Source: Gonapodya sp. JEL0774
Taxonomy: Eukaryota
Assembly (NCBI GenBank): GCA_027604505.1
Contig: JADIIX010000060.1
Coordinates: 1-64,000, forward strand
DNA: 64,000 nt
Direction: 5' to 3'
Positions 10,545-22,671 of the stretch are shown here, in pieces. A model generated the notes under the pieces. The model was given only the letters and a program-made list of their open reading frames with translations, was not told the origin of the DNA and made no database searches. Position 1 is the stretch's first letter; the number at the start of each line of letters is the position of its first letter. A program made the position numbers and the translations under genes.

Positions 10545-12334
10545 ATGGATCCCTTGCTCGAAACCTCTGCGTCTGCACTAGAGTCTGTTGATGCACCGAG
10601 TGACTACGTCACTTGGGAACAATGGGTTTATGTCGAAATGCCGAGCGGGAACTCCAAGTTTGCCTTTCTCCAGCGCGACAGGTGCCCACCTCAACGTTTG
10701 TCAGAGCACGGACATTTCTAATTGAGATTGGCTTTGAAGCATTGTAAAGTTGGGAAAGTTTGGTTCCTTCCAAACCAACGACGTCTTTGGAAAGCCATTC
10801 GGACTTCCTTACGAAATCGTGGACGGAGACCGTGTTCGTTTTGCAGGACGTGCGACACTTTTTGATGATTTCCGTACGTCTTTTTCGTTGTGATTTCTCG
10901 AATCCTAGACCAGTTTTTGAGTAGGTTTATTCGCAAGAGGTCGACGATGATCCGGATGGCAGCAACAAGTATATATTCGATTCTCGGGACATTCAAAAAC
11001 TCTCTATCACGGACATAGAGAAACTTAAGGATGAGAAGCGCGCTGGGAAAATCACAGCCGAGGCAAGAGTCCTGTGTTCACTTGTGCCCGCGTGGGAGCA
11101 AATCATGGAACTCTCTTCTCTCACATTAATATTGGCAGTCTCTAATTCAACATGTGGCAGAGAATAATTCTGCTTTCGAAAAGAAAACCGAATTCAGCAA
11201 AGCGAAGTACCTCAGACGTAAGGAGCAGAAGTGAGTTTTGAAAAGCCCGCCATTGCAACCGTCCGGTAATGAGCAGGCATTTTTTGCATACAGATTTGGC
11301 AGAATCTTCCGCTTGTTCCGTCCAACCGCGGCCATTGTGTGCAAATACTTCCTAGAGGTCAACGCCTTCAAGATATGCGATGTGAGAATGGACACCCTAT
11401 CCCAAATCTTGTTGTTTGGAAACGTCCGCTTCGGAGCAAGAGTCCTTGTCGTGGATGAAGTTGCCGGACTCCTTGTCGGTGCGGTCATGGAGCGGCTCGG
11501 GGGTATGTTTGATCGCATGGAAGCAAGCAGACGAGGTTGTGTTGCTGGAAACTTCAATCATTCGACTTATAGGAGCCGGCACCGTTCTAGCTATTCACGA
11601 CAGTGAAGAAAACAAATTTGATTGTCTACCATACTTGAATTGGGGCCGATCCGAGCAGGATAGACTTCAGACACTTCCATGGGGGCGTGTGATGAAAGGT
11701 GAGGATGAAGGTGAGTCTTGCATTAAAGAGGGAAAACGTATTTGTACCTTTGAAGTGATACTTTTTATCGTGAGCAAACAGATGCGGCAACAGCAGAGAG
11801 CGACTCCGTTGACCTCACGTGGCGTAAAGCAGAACGAATAAAACGGCGAAATGAGAGATTCAGCAACTACCAAAGCACTCGGGCCCTTTTGCAAGCGGGA
11901 GGGTTTGACTGCCTTATTTCCGCCAGTCAGTTCCACCCAAGTAGTGTGATTCGATCGTTAGGCCAGTACATTCGTGGGAGTGGGTGCGTGGTACTGTACT
12001 GTCCATATAAGGAGGTGATTTGTTAGTTTTTTGGGTTTATGCCTTTGGAGCGCTCACTTTCAGTCGGGGATTTTTGAAGCCACTTCCGCAAGCCTACTCC
12101 GATCTGCGGTCGAATGCTGGCTTTGTGAATGTCCAACTTACCGAAACGTTCACCCGAGAATATCAAGCAAAACCAGGTCGGTTTCACCCGTTGATGAACA
12201 TGAGCGGCAATGGGGGTTACCTCATCACTGCGCTTCGGGTTCTTCCCTTCCAAACCGATCAACCCATGGTGGAGCAACAGGCAGACTCGGAAAATATGTC
12301 ACAGAGGAAGCGGGTGAGGATGGAAACAGCATAG
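10545..12334 (+). CDS. TRM6: tRNA m1A58 methyltransferase non-catalytic subunit (Gcd10/Trm6), multi-exon
   Basis: Spliced translation: EMPSGNSK...VKLGKFGSF...GKPFGLPYEI; QKLSITDIEKLK; FEKKTEFSKAKYLRRK; MDTLSQILLFGNVRFGARVLVVDEVAGLLVGAVMERLGG; REYQAKPGRFHPLM...GGYL. Confidence 0.9.
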
Positions 12335-12486
12335 CACAGTTAGAAATATTTGCTGTATATATATGTGCGGTGCTCGGCGAATTTTTGGCCGGCAGAAACA
12401 GGTTTTGGGTATTCCTCAAACACAACATTTCTCCAACAACAGTGCAGTGAATATCTACTTCAAATCCGGCAACGATGGACCTTAAT

Positions 12487-15400
12487 TTACACAATCCTGC
12501 TGATGGATTCAAATAACCCTGCAAAGGAGGAAATGAAAAAGGCAACTTGGATTCTGCCCGCCGGGTGAGGTTTGGCCACAATCGATTACTTACTCTCAAT
12601 ATCTCGTGTACTTTGCCGCCATTGATTGGACGTTGCTGCTCGGTGATATGGCAAAGAGAGTTGAGACCCAGACTTGATGTTCACAAACAAGTGAGTACTC
12701 ACTCCAGAAGTTGTAACGTGGATTCTTGATCAACTCAATGAAAGTGATCAACAGACCCCACGGATGTGGTCGATTCACAATTAATCTTTCCAAGAGCACC
12801 CGTGTGATTTGTTCCTGGACAATATCTTGTTCTGCCTCGGCAAACAGATATAACAACACGCAACTTAAGGAGTCGAGCAAACAGAATTCACGGTCAAGTT
12901 TACTCAAGAAGGTCAGTTTACTGAGTGTATCCCACCTAAAGTAGTGCGTTTGTGAGTTTGGAAATCGCAATTGATTCGCGATTGCGCTCAGAAAATAATA
13001 TCGCCCTGTAACACCGCAAAGTGATAACCAGAATGAGGACTATCATCCACAATCATATCAACTGTGAGAAATCTCACCTTCCGTATCCAATTCACCAACT
13101 AATTGTTGGAAGATGTCCATGTGTCCGCTTTGGGCAATAGCTAAAGCGCCACTTCCTTGCGTTTTCGAAGGCATTTGCTGTATTGCTTGTACTCCCACGT
13201 ACAGCACGAGCGCATTCATCAGGGGGATATTGTAAGTGGTTGGGGAGGAAGAATCGTTGAGAGTGAGGCGATTTCGTAGATCTACGAGGTACGAGGATGG
13301 CCCCCTATTTCGAATAAACGAATCTAGATCAGACTTTAAATTGTGTACTGTAAGTGCGGTTGTATAGTCCGACATGATGGTAGGTGGTTGGCTGATTTCA
13401 GGAAGAAGGTCGACTTTCAGATTTGGTGTGAATGGATCTGGAAGTCTCATGTTGCGAGGGAAGGCGCTGAGAATGAGATTCCGCAGCTGGATGCAAGATG
13501 GTGGTATAACATCCGTCAGGCTGAAGTGGTATCCACTCAGGAACTCAGGGAAGTCGTGCAACAACAGCAGCATTATCCTCAACGTTCCCCGGTAGATTGT
13601 CCTGACAGCATCTTTCATCTCAGAATCGGGTCTCAGGAAAGGTCCCATGAACTTAAACAGGTCCGCAAGCAACCTTTGGAAGAAAACCCAACCCTTTTGG
13701 CCTTCAGAGTTCAAAAGCTTTGGCATGAAATGGCGATGAGCAATAAGCTGAAGCCAGGAGAAAGTAAACCCAGGGAGATTCGCTGGTTGTAGTGCGTGGA
13801 AAGTATTACTAATTTTGGAATTTTTGTTTTGTCATCAACAGTTCCATCCAGCCGAACAAGAAACTTCCTTCCTACCTCATTGCCGATAGAATCTGGAAGT
13901 AGATTGGTTGAAGCGGTTCCTGGTACATATCCATGTCGTACAACAGACTTGAGAACAGGCGGTAAAAAGGCCTTTGATCGAACTGTCCTCGCTTTTGCTC
14001 ATGCGCGTGGACTAGCACAAGAACCACGATGGGTAGAATCTTCGTTGTCAGCTGCACTTTGAGAACGTTCACCGGCACATTGGAACTGTCCATAGCGTGG
14101 TACTTGACGAATAAAACAATAAGCCGCGCGAAAGCGTCCACAGCTTGGAACGCCAGGTGTTGGGGTAACGCAGCGCTCGCGCGATATTTGCTGTAATTTT
14201 CAACCGATACTTCTGTGCAAACTCGGAAGAAGAGGGATGATACGTCTTCTCCTTTCAATACGCCATATTGCTGGAGCTACGATGGCAATTGACGTTAACA
14301 GAAAACTCCACGATCAAAGACAAAAGTATACCACCAACCTGTGTAATGTACGCCGCCTGAGCCTGTTCGCTTGACGCTGGATGATTATATATGCGCACCC
14401 ATTCTAAGAACAAAAATTGCAGCTGGTCCCTTAGACGAGACTTGTCGATATCCTTGGATAGATCACGACCGGAGAACATAGGATTGCGTTTCCGAAGCTC
14501 CTCAATAAGGACGAGGACGCTGGAACAGAACATGGTCGGGGATTGTATTCTCACGCAAATCGGGAGAACTTACGACTCCGGAGCTTTCCCCCTTTGCGTG
14601 ATACGATTGAGAACGTCGAGCGAATTTTGGAAGTCATTAATCGTCGCAACCCCGGATGTAGCATCATCCACAACAGCGTGCTTGATCAGTCTGGCAGCAA
14701 AGTCGACCGCTGTCAACCTTCCGCTCTCCATTAAACGTGCCAACTGCATGTCGAGTTCGGCTACGGTGAAAATTCCAGTCTGTAAGATCGCGTAGTACAA
14801 CGGCACATTATATTTACGCTGCAATTGAAAAAAATATGCTGAGTAATCCGGCCACCAATAGAACACAATAATTGCTCTTCTTCGTTTGCATATACGCACG
14901 TCGTCATCTGCATAAAGCATCCACTGTGTAACTTCCTTGCTTACTTTCTTTGAAACTTCACAGAAGCGGTCAAGCAATGCTATATAGATGGTCCGTGACA
15001 GAGCATTGTCGTTTCGATATAAAAAGAAGACAATCTAAGCAAGAAAAGCCTCAATCAACTCAAGCCGCCCCGATTGAACGGGAACTCCGAGGAACCCACC
15101 TTCGAGGAAAGGCGGAAAGCCGCGTCGTCACGATTGGCGCAGCGCATTACCAATGCAGGCAGCTGCTTTATGAGTGTTCGAAGCTCGTGATCTGGTGGCA
15201 AGGTGCTGAGGTCAGGTGCGGGGGAGGAGGCAATAATTTTCTCTATCTCGTTCATGATTTGCTGTTTAATCTCGAAAGGTCAGTTTACATACGAATCACG
15301 ATCATGAGACAAAGCCTTACCTGTCCCCGATCGATAGTCTGCTGTAAGGACAGAACCTGCGGAAGCTCATCGGAAACAGGTTGCTGCTGAGGCAACTGGG

Positions 15401-18400
15401 GTGCGCTTGGTGCAACAGCTGGGGTCGACTGGCCGAAATAAGAAGGAAGCTCTTGTCGACCAGTCGGGGCGACATTCCGTAGGACCTTCTCCAATGACTC
15501 TAAGTTGGGAGAACGGAAATGGTGAGTGAGTCAAAGTTGCATCAAGGAATGACGCGAAGCTTATGAGAACCTTGAGGCACGCTCACGTAACGTGATATAC
15601 GATGAAAGTCTTCGTAAACACGGAGCTATTTAACAGAACGGAACTCAATATGAAAAAGAGAAAATGTTTTGGTAAAGAAGTTTCTTTCAAACCTGCTGTG
15701 CGGATAATCCACCAGGTTTAAGACGCAGCATATCCGGTAGAGTGGTTGGATACCTTGAAGCGGCAAATACTGACACGTCGTAAAATGGTTGAACGGATCG
15801 CTGGAGGAATCCGGATTGTTCCCTTTCATACCAGCAATACTGCAAGCTTTGCACAAAGCTGCTCTCACCTCCCGATGAATTCGACGACTATAATATGCCT
15901 GACCCAGAGAGTCATCAATCTCAGGGGCGGCCTTTTCAGCCGCAGTTTTCTCTATGATGGACACAGCAATATCTAAATTGTCCGCTACCATCAAGAAAAT
16001 AGCTTGCTCAGGTAAGGTTTGCTGGAAGACATTGAAGGAGCCATGGAAAACGTGCCCTGCGTTATCTCGATGACGATCTAACACTTACCTCTGTGTACCC
16101 ATTTTGAAGCAAGAAAGCCCGGAGGTGAGAAACCATGCTCAACCTCAAAGGCTCTTTGCAAGTGACGGACGCGAGACTGCCTGTTGCACATCAATTGTTG
16201 GCTCAAGTAAAACGCATTGGCGGGGCAATAAATGACATGATGATTACTACTTGCCTGCCAGACTTTGTGCCATTTGATGAGCGGCGCGCCGCAATTTCTC
16301 TTCACTTGGTTCGGTTGCGAAATCCTTCAGAACGAGCTCTCTTGCGCTAGTTGCGGCGATCGTGACCGCTCTTTCAACTACAGGGCCAATAATCTACCAG
16401 GAAGAACCAGGTGCTTCATAATTCGTACGCGCCAATACGTGATGAGCTGACAAACGAATTACCTCCCGGATCGCTCGGTCGAACGCAATCGCAACAATGC
16501 GCTTTAGGGCAGGTTGCGTGCTGAAAATGGGCACATTAGGATTGAAAGTGATGAATTGCGCCAAAGTGGGAAGACCGGAGGGCTGTGGTTCATCTCCCAT
16601 TCCAACCATACTGGTGACATGGGCCAATCCGGTCTGACCGTGGCTGCCAGTGGCAGCTGCTAGCGCAAACCGTTCAGAATCACGGCGGTTGCTAAGGAGT
16701 TCAGAGCCTTTCGGTTGACGATCTTTGATAATCGTCGAGGCTTCGATGTCTATGGCATTGTGGGGGAGATTAATCAGCGCATCGGGACTGGTACTTCACC
16801 GATTGAGGCTGTACAAACCTTTTATATCAATGTTGAGCTTTTTGCAGAGAACCTCCACTTGAAACTTCAAAGGAAGTTTCAACTCAGCAAAATGATAGAG
16901 TTCTGCAAGTAGACGCATTATTGCAATCAACCACGGATTGGGGGGTCGAAAAACTTTGCTGGAGGAGCACTGCTCCAACACCTTGCAAACAAAAGGAATA
17001 ACAACGCTCAATCTCTGGAGGTCGTATCCTTCTATCAATAAATCCTGATATCAAGGTTGGGATTGGTAAGTTCTTCAACAGGTTATTTACTGGGAACTAG
17101 AGGAACTTACTTTGAGCGAAAGGTACTTGTAGCGTATGGGTCGGTTCTTTGCCAACGTTATTCCCCCCAGCCAAGACCCCAAGTTTTTGAGCAGAGTTCG
17201 ATCTCCGGAAGAGGACATCGTTTTCTCTGATTCGAGTAATCGCTTGGTCTTCGCAAAAGTCTCTGTCAAAATATCTCTCGCCAGTTCTTGATCTCCCAAA
17301 GCGTCCAACATCGCCATGTATAATCCATGTTGATTCGGTTCCTGGCTCGCTCGTTTGACCACCAAGTAGTTCGCGAACCAACGGTAGTACTGAGGTTTCA
17401 GGGATTCCTTAATTTTGGCGACTTTATCTTGGAGGTTGTCGGGTGCAACATTGTTTACATTGAACTCGATCTTATCCTGCACTTGCTCTGGAGGAACCTC
17501 GAACTGGTCGTCCTCAGCGCCATCTAGCAAGGCATCGAGCCGCAAAGCTCGAAACACTATATTGGGTTCTTGTGACGAATTACCAGATAGTTCTCTTCCC
17601 GTATCCTCTTCCGGCACAGAGACGGTTGTAGGCTGTTGCAAGGGGCTGATTATCACGGCTCGCTCAGTAGGTATTGCCTTATCATCAGGTTCAGGCTCCG
17701 GGTTGTCCGTCCCTGCTTCCCGGTCTATGTTAGCTGCTATGGCCTCTTGAGAGGCTGTTTCTACTAATTTGCATAAGTCCGGTAGCGCTTCCTTGAAATG
17801 AGAGATCGCCAGCAGATGTGTGCAGTACTGCGGCCATTCTGGCAGACGTTGAATGAATTGCGACAGCGCGAGCGCTCCAAACTTAAACAGCTGCGTATCT
17901 GGAGGTTGACGAAGTGCATCCAACACATATCGCAACGCCGTTCCCAATTGGGCGTAAGCGACAACTTGATTTAGGACAAGAGAGCCAAAAAGTGCCCCTG
18001 TGACTGCAAGATAATTATCAGGGTATCCCGAGAAAAAGCGGTACTCATCGAACAGATTAAGAATCATGCAGGCAAAAACTTGTCGCTCGCGTTCCACAAC
18101 TGAAGACTTAAATCTCAACAGGAGCTCAATCATCTGGTCAATGCTGAGGTCTCCAGTATACATCCTTTCGTAGTAAGAATTCGCCTCTTCCTCTACCTCT
18201 GGTGGGAGGGAGGATACTTCGGATGTTAATTCCTCAACGGCAGGTACCGGAGCGACTGTTGACCCCACGGTCGCCGGTCCGTATGAAAGTATCGTTGTTG
18301 ATATAGATGAAAGTTGAGGTAGATACTGAAGCCACGTGTTTGTGACCTTCTTGAACAGATCCAGGTTTTCCGCATTCATCGTCCTGATATCGAAAAAAAA

Positions 18401-19923
18401 AACAAAGTGAGCTCAACAGAATGACGGAACAAAATGTTCAGCCATCGTACGCTATCACACTGCACAACACTTTCAGAAATATCGACACTGTGTCCCCGGA
18501 AATGAGGAAACCTTGCACGAGTCGCTGTTCCTGTCGGGCGATATGCCTTGTTGCCTTGTCCACCAGAAACTCAAGGCACGCTCTCCAGAATGCTTCCCCA
18601 TGTTCTCTCATGTGGTCCATCAACCACTTCTCGAGGTTGAGAAAGTCTCGCCGCGAAGCAAGTGCTGCAAGGTCAATCGTAAAGGAAAAGGGCTTTGCTT
18701 CCAGGATGGTGGGAAGACCCTGAGGAGATAAAACATGTAAACATGTAGAATACACTCTTATGGGCCACGTCGTCCCACCACAAACCTTGACTTCCTGCGA
18801 CACGTCTAAGATTCGAGAAAGCACCCCTTGATCCTTTCTGTAAAGCTCAACGAGTCCGGAAACGATCCACGTGGAATTGATCGTCCAAATTTTAGGGATC
18901 ACCAGAGACGAACTTGGGTGAGACGCCAAAAATCTAAGTAGCAAACTGTTTGCAAGCTCCGTGTGGAACGTGTTCCAAGGTGGCTCAATCAGAGCTAATC
19001 CCAAGAGGACCAGCTCAGGTGCTTGCTTGAGAGCAAGATCAAACAGTTCCTTAGCCAAGTCAGACACCTCCGAGTCCGCCAGAATTGTCAGGGTCTCCAT
19101 AAGGTCCAACGAATTCCACGTCGAAACGACAATGGCATTCTGGATTTGCTTGAGAGCGGAATTTGTAGCAGAGGACGAGCCGACCGTCGGCGAGCCAGTA
19201 TCGATGGTAAATATCTTGCGCGTTTCCATGAACGCAAAATTGAAGACCTCGGGAGGGGATAGCACAGCGTACTTGAGAATGCTGATTTGGGATTTGAGAC
19301 TGCTCCACCGACCCCATAGAGATGAGACTGGAAAATATTTCAGATCCTGGTGAAAAACGAGCGAAGACGGTTTTCAGTAAGATAAACAAGAACATGCGGG
19401 ACCTATTGTGTCGCATATCTCACCTTCCGAGCTGACCTTATGGCAAGGAGCAAAACTTCGAATCCACGGTAGTCAAACAAATAAAACTCTTCGTAATCGA
19501 GACTACGGATAACAAGTCCCCAATCAGTGTTGGGTCGCTTTCACATAAAATTCGTTATTACACCGACAGTTGCATTTAACGTCCACCAACACTCACGAGT
19601 TCAGAGACAACCGATACGAACACTTCAACATCCCATGTACTGGCCCTTCGATCCCCCAATCCAAGCCCTGTAGCGCCGTTCCAAGCAACTGAAGCAAGTG
19701 CGTTCAGAGGGGCTGCTCCCTCGTCTAAGCCAGTGTGAGTCTGAGCCATCATGCCCAATACATGAGCGACTTCAGATTCACTGAGAGTTGTGTCGGCATT
19801 TGCAATAGTGACCCCAACTTGCGAGAGGACGTTGCGGAGAACAGATGTGGATACACATGATGAATAACCGAGCTCACGGATGAGCTTCGACAAAGGCACC
19901 CGATTAGACTGGTGGGTAGTCAT
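12487..19923 (-). CDS. NOT1: CCR4-NOT scaffold subunit 1, multi-exon; 5' end uncertain
   Basis: LIRELGY...[88 protein letters not shown]; ends [13 protein letters not shown]. Confidence 0.95.
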
Positions 19924-20789
19924 TTGCGATACTGAAAGACAAGTGGCGCTGCGGATTCTGTTGAGAATAAACTTCCACGCAAAGATTTGTTGGTACAGAG
20001 GGAGAGCTCGAACATAAAGTTCAAAGTCGCCAGTATACGCACTGGTTGCCTTAAGAGGCAGCCTGAGAGTCCAATACCGAATTTTCCCACTTTACTATGC
20101 CACGCAGTAATGCGCGAAGAGAATCTACATAATGAAAGTACAGTGTCAACAGGCAGCTGACCGAACCCCTCGCGATGAGACCCGGAATGCATAAGAGCCA
20201 TTCGAGGGCAACTTACTCGGATGCAGAGAATCTTGTCAATTATCGTTAAATGAGCTAAAGAGCGGTGATGGTGCTTGCCAAACGGAGGAGGGAATGATTG
20301 GCAGTTGGGATACACTAGTCCCACTGATAAGTCGGTGACGCGGGTGCGATCCAGGATGCAACCGTAAAGAGAACGATAGCCGTCAGGTGGTGAGTGGTGA
20401 GAGAGATGGAAGGGACAGGAGGTCGTCGACTGAGCGGATACTCTCGCAGAGGTCGACGTTGAGAAGACAGTTGACTCGCTCAACACGGGAGTCTGTGAAG
20501 AAGTGAATTGAAAACTGCCGTAGGTCAGAAAATAGCTCTCCCTTGTCTACGAAGTAGGCAAGGTCTGAATGTCGAATTGTATTTAACTGCACCTGATGGG
20601 GCCCCGCGAGGAAAGATTGGGTCCGTCAGGAGAGTACGAAGTACCGCAGAGACCTAACTCCACGTATGAGTTTCTTTTTGGGGCAAATAATGAATGAAAA
20701 ACTGATTCGTTCGGGGACTTTGGGAATTCCGGGGCAAGGGAAGGCTGGTACAAATGGGTTTATGTCATGCGTGTGGTGGGGTTGGTTCT

Positions 20790-22583
20790 TTATTCCACAT
20801 ACTCGCAAACATCATCATAGCTAAACGTCTCCACCTCCCCGTCCTCCATTTCCATAACTACGCGTTCTTTAGCTTTGTCTTTTTCCAATAAACGCCCGAT
20901 CTGTCCATACCACCTTCGACCAACATTCCCATGATGACCAACAACCATTACTCTGTGACCCGCTGCAGGAATAATTGTTTCGAGGACTCGACGTGGTATA
21001 CCTTCCAGAATCTCTCCTTCAGGAGTGCGCAAAGTCGCCGTACTTGGAGTTGGAGTATCCAAGACAACGCACTTTTGCTTGTAGTGGAGAGCGCCCACCG
21101 ACTCAGAAATTATTCGTACACGAGTGTGGGGGTGGATCCAAGAGTGCGCAGAGGTGGCCGTATTGATGACATTATTTGTCGTTCCATTCAGTCCCTGCTC
21201 ATGGTGCTCTGACCTTGATGAACTCAGCTGTCTCGATCCCCCTGGGGAAACACTACGAGAAGTCCGCTTTGGATTTCTGGATAACACTGGGGGGTCAACA
21301 ATGTCTCTCAAAGCTTGTGTCGAACATCCACCGCTGGCTCTTTGCCATCTGTCCAGCTCGTCGTCATAAAACACTTTGGTTTCGTTTGAGTCGTCCATGC
21401 GAACAGACACCTCGGTGTCCCTTCCCTTCTTTCCTCGCAGGTCCTCTACCTCCCCGGTTCTACCACGGTGCTTTCCAACCGTAACAACAACCGCGTCTCC
21501 TCTTCTGAGACCAGAATCCGTCACCCTTAGCCGATTTTCTTCGGGAGCTCCAACCTCCCGGTAATGCCGCACTCGCCCATCTTCGGTGACGACGGGTTTG
21601 TAATCACGCGTACGGTCCCGGGTGTCCCCGGGCTTAATATATCTCTTCCTTTTGTGAGCATCCGGCATTGGAAGATTGTCTGGGTTCGCGCCCAAACCCA
21701 GCAGTGCAGGGCGAGCGACATATTCGATAGGCCGAATCAGTGCGTTTTTCTTGTTCTTCCCGATCGCTTGCCCATCTTTCCATCCCATACCCCTGAGGAG
21801 AGCCGTTCCAAATTGGTCGACTGGTACCCCATCATAGTCCGCAAATGTGGGTTCATCTGGTCGAAGCGCCACGTCGTGCCGGTACTTCTCCTCCTCAGAC
21901 GTGAGTTCTGCGAGACCCGGCACTGCGTTCTGCTGAAGGATGGGAATGCCTAGAATAAGGCCACTATCATGTGGTTTTGAAGCTGTATCGGCAGCATCGG
22001 CGAGAACATGTGCTGCCGCCAGCTCGTCCAAGGTTTGTGGTACAACCGCAGGTTGTTCAACTTGGACATTAGCCGTCACCACAACTGTCGCCCCTTGCCC
22101 GTTTGTCTGTCCATCAATATCATCGACTCCAAGTTCGGTTTTCTGCAGGCCGTATATGAAGTTTGAGGAAGGTGCTACCTCCTTTCTGTCACTTGTACCC
22201 GGATGTTCAACGGATGGCGGGTTCATCCATTGGTTTCGTGTGATGAGTGGTATTACCAATGGAGTCTTCGCCTTTGGGGAATCATTCTCACTGAGAAAAT
22301 GGGACGGGTGAAGTTCAAATGCAGCTCCTCCATCCATCAGCAGAAAAGACAGGTCCACATACCCTCTAACTGTGCGGCCAACCACCTGCGTCACAAATTC
22401 AGTATGTCCGTGCTCTCCCGCATGATCATCGGGATCCCTAATGTCTCCGAGGACAATCCGTTTGTCCCTTCTGCTCCCATTAAAATCTGACGCCTGCTGC
22501 TTCTTGGAGTCAAGCTTAAATGACGAAAGAAAGACCTTGGTGGGCATAGCCGATTGGAGCTGGTTATCAACGCCGTTGTCCAT
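20790..22583 (-). CDS. G-patch/KOW splicing factor (Spp2/GPKOW/MOS2-like)
   Basis: VPVDQFGTALLRGMGWKDGQAIG...RPALLGLGA G-patch; KOW motifs (GKHRGRTGEV); C-terminal WIHPHTRVRII...LETIIP. Confidence 0.88.
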   Translation of the reverse strand: MDNGVDNQLQSAMPTKVFLSSFKLDSKKQQASDFNGSRRDKRIVLGDIRDPDDHAGEHGHTEFVTQVVGRTVRGYVDLSFLLMDGGAAFELHPSHFLSENDSPKAKTPLVIPLITRNQWMNPPSVEHPGTSDRKEVAPSSNFIYGLQKTELGVDDIDGQTNGQGATVVVTANVQVEQPAVVPQTLDELAAAHVLADAADTASKPHDSGLILGIPILQQNAVPGLAELTSEEEKYRHDVALRPDEPTFADYDGVPVDQFGTALLRGMGWKDGQAIGKNKKNALIRPIEYVARPALLGLGANPDNLPMPDAHKRKRYIKPGDTRDRTRDYKPVVTEDGRVRHYREVGAPEENRLRVTDSGLRRGDAVVVTVGKHRGRTGEVEDLRGKKGRDTEVSVRMDDSNETKVFYDDELDRWQRASGGCSTQALRDIVDPPVLSRNPKRTSRSVSPGGSRQLSSSRSEHHEQGLNGTTNNVINTATSAHSWIHPHTRVRIISESVGALHYKQKCVVLDTPTPSTATLRTPEGEILEGIPRRVLETIIPAAGHRVMVVGHHGNVGRRWYGQIGRLLEKDKAKERVVMEMEDGEVETFSYDDVCEYVE

Positions 22584-22671
22584 GTGCTTGTTCCGCAGTG
22601 ACTGCCCAGGATTTGGGTGTTAGGGTTCGGGACTTGGTACATGCTCATGTGATATACACAACCCCCCCAAA

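Noticed and set aside
11147..11557. 136-aa minus-strand ORF
   Set aside because: Antisense shadow of TRM6 exons.
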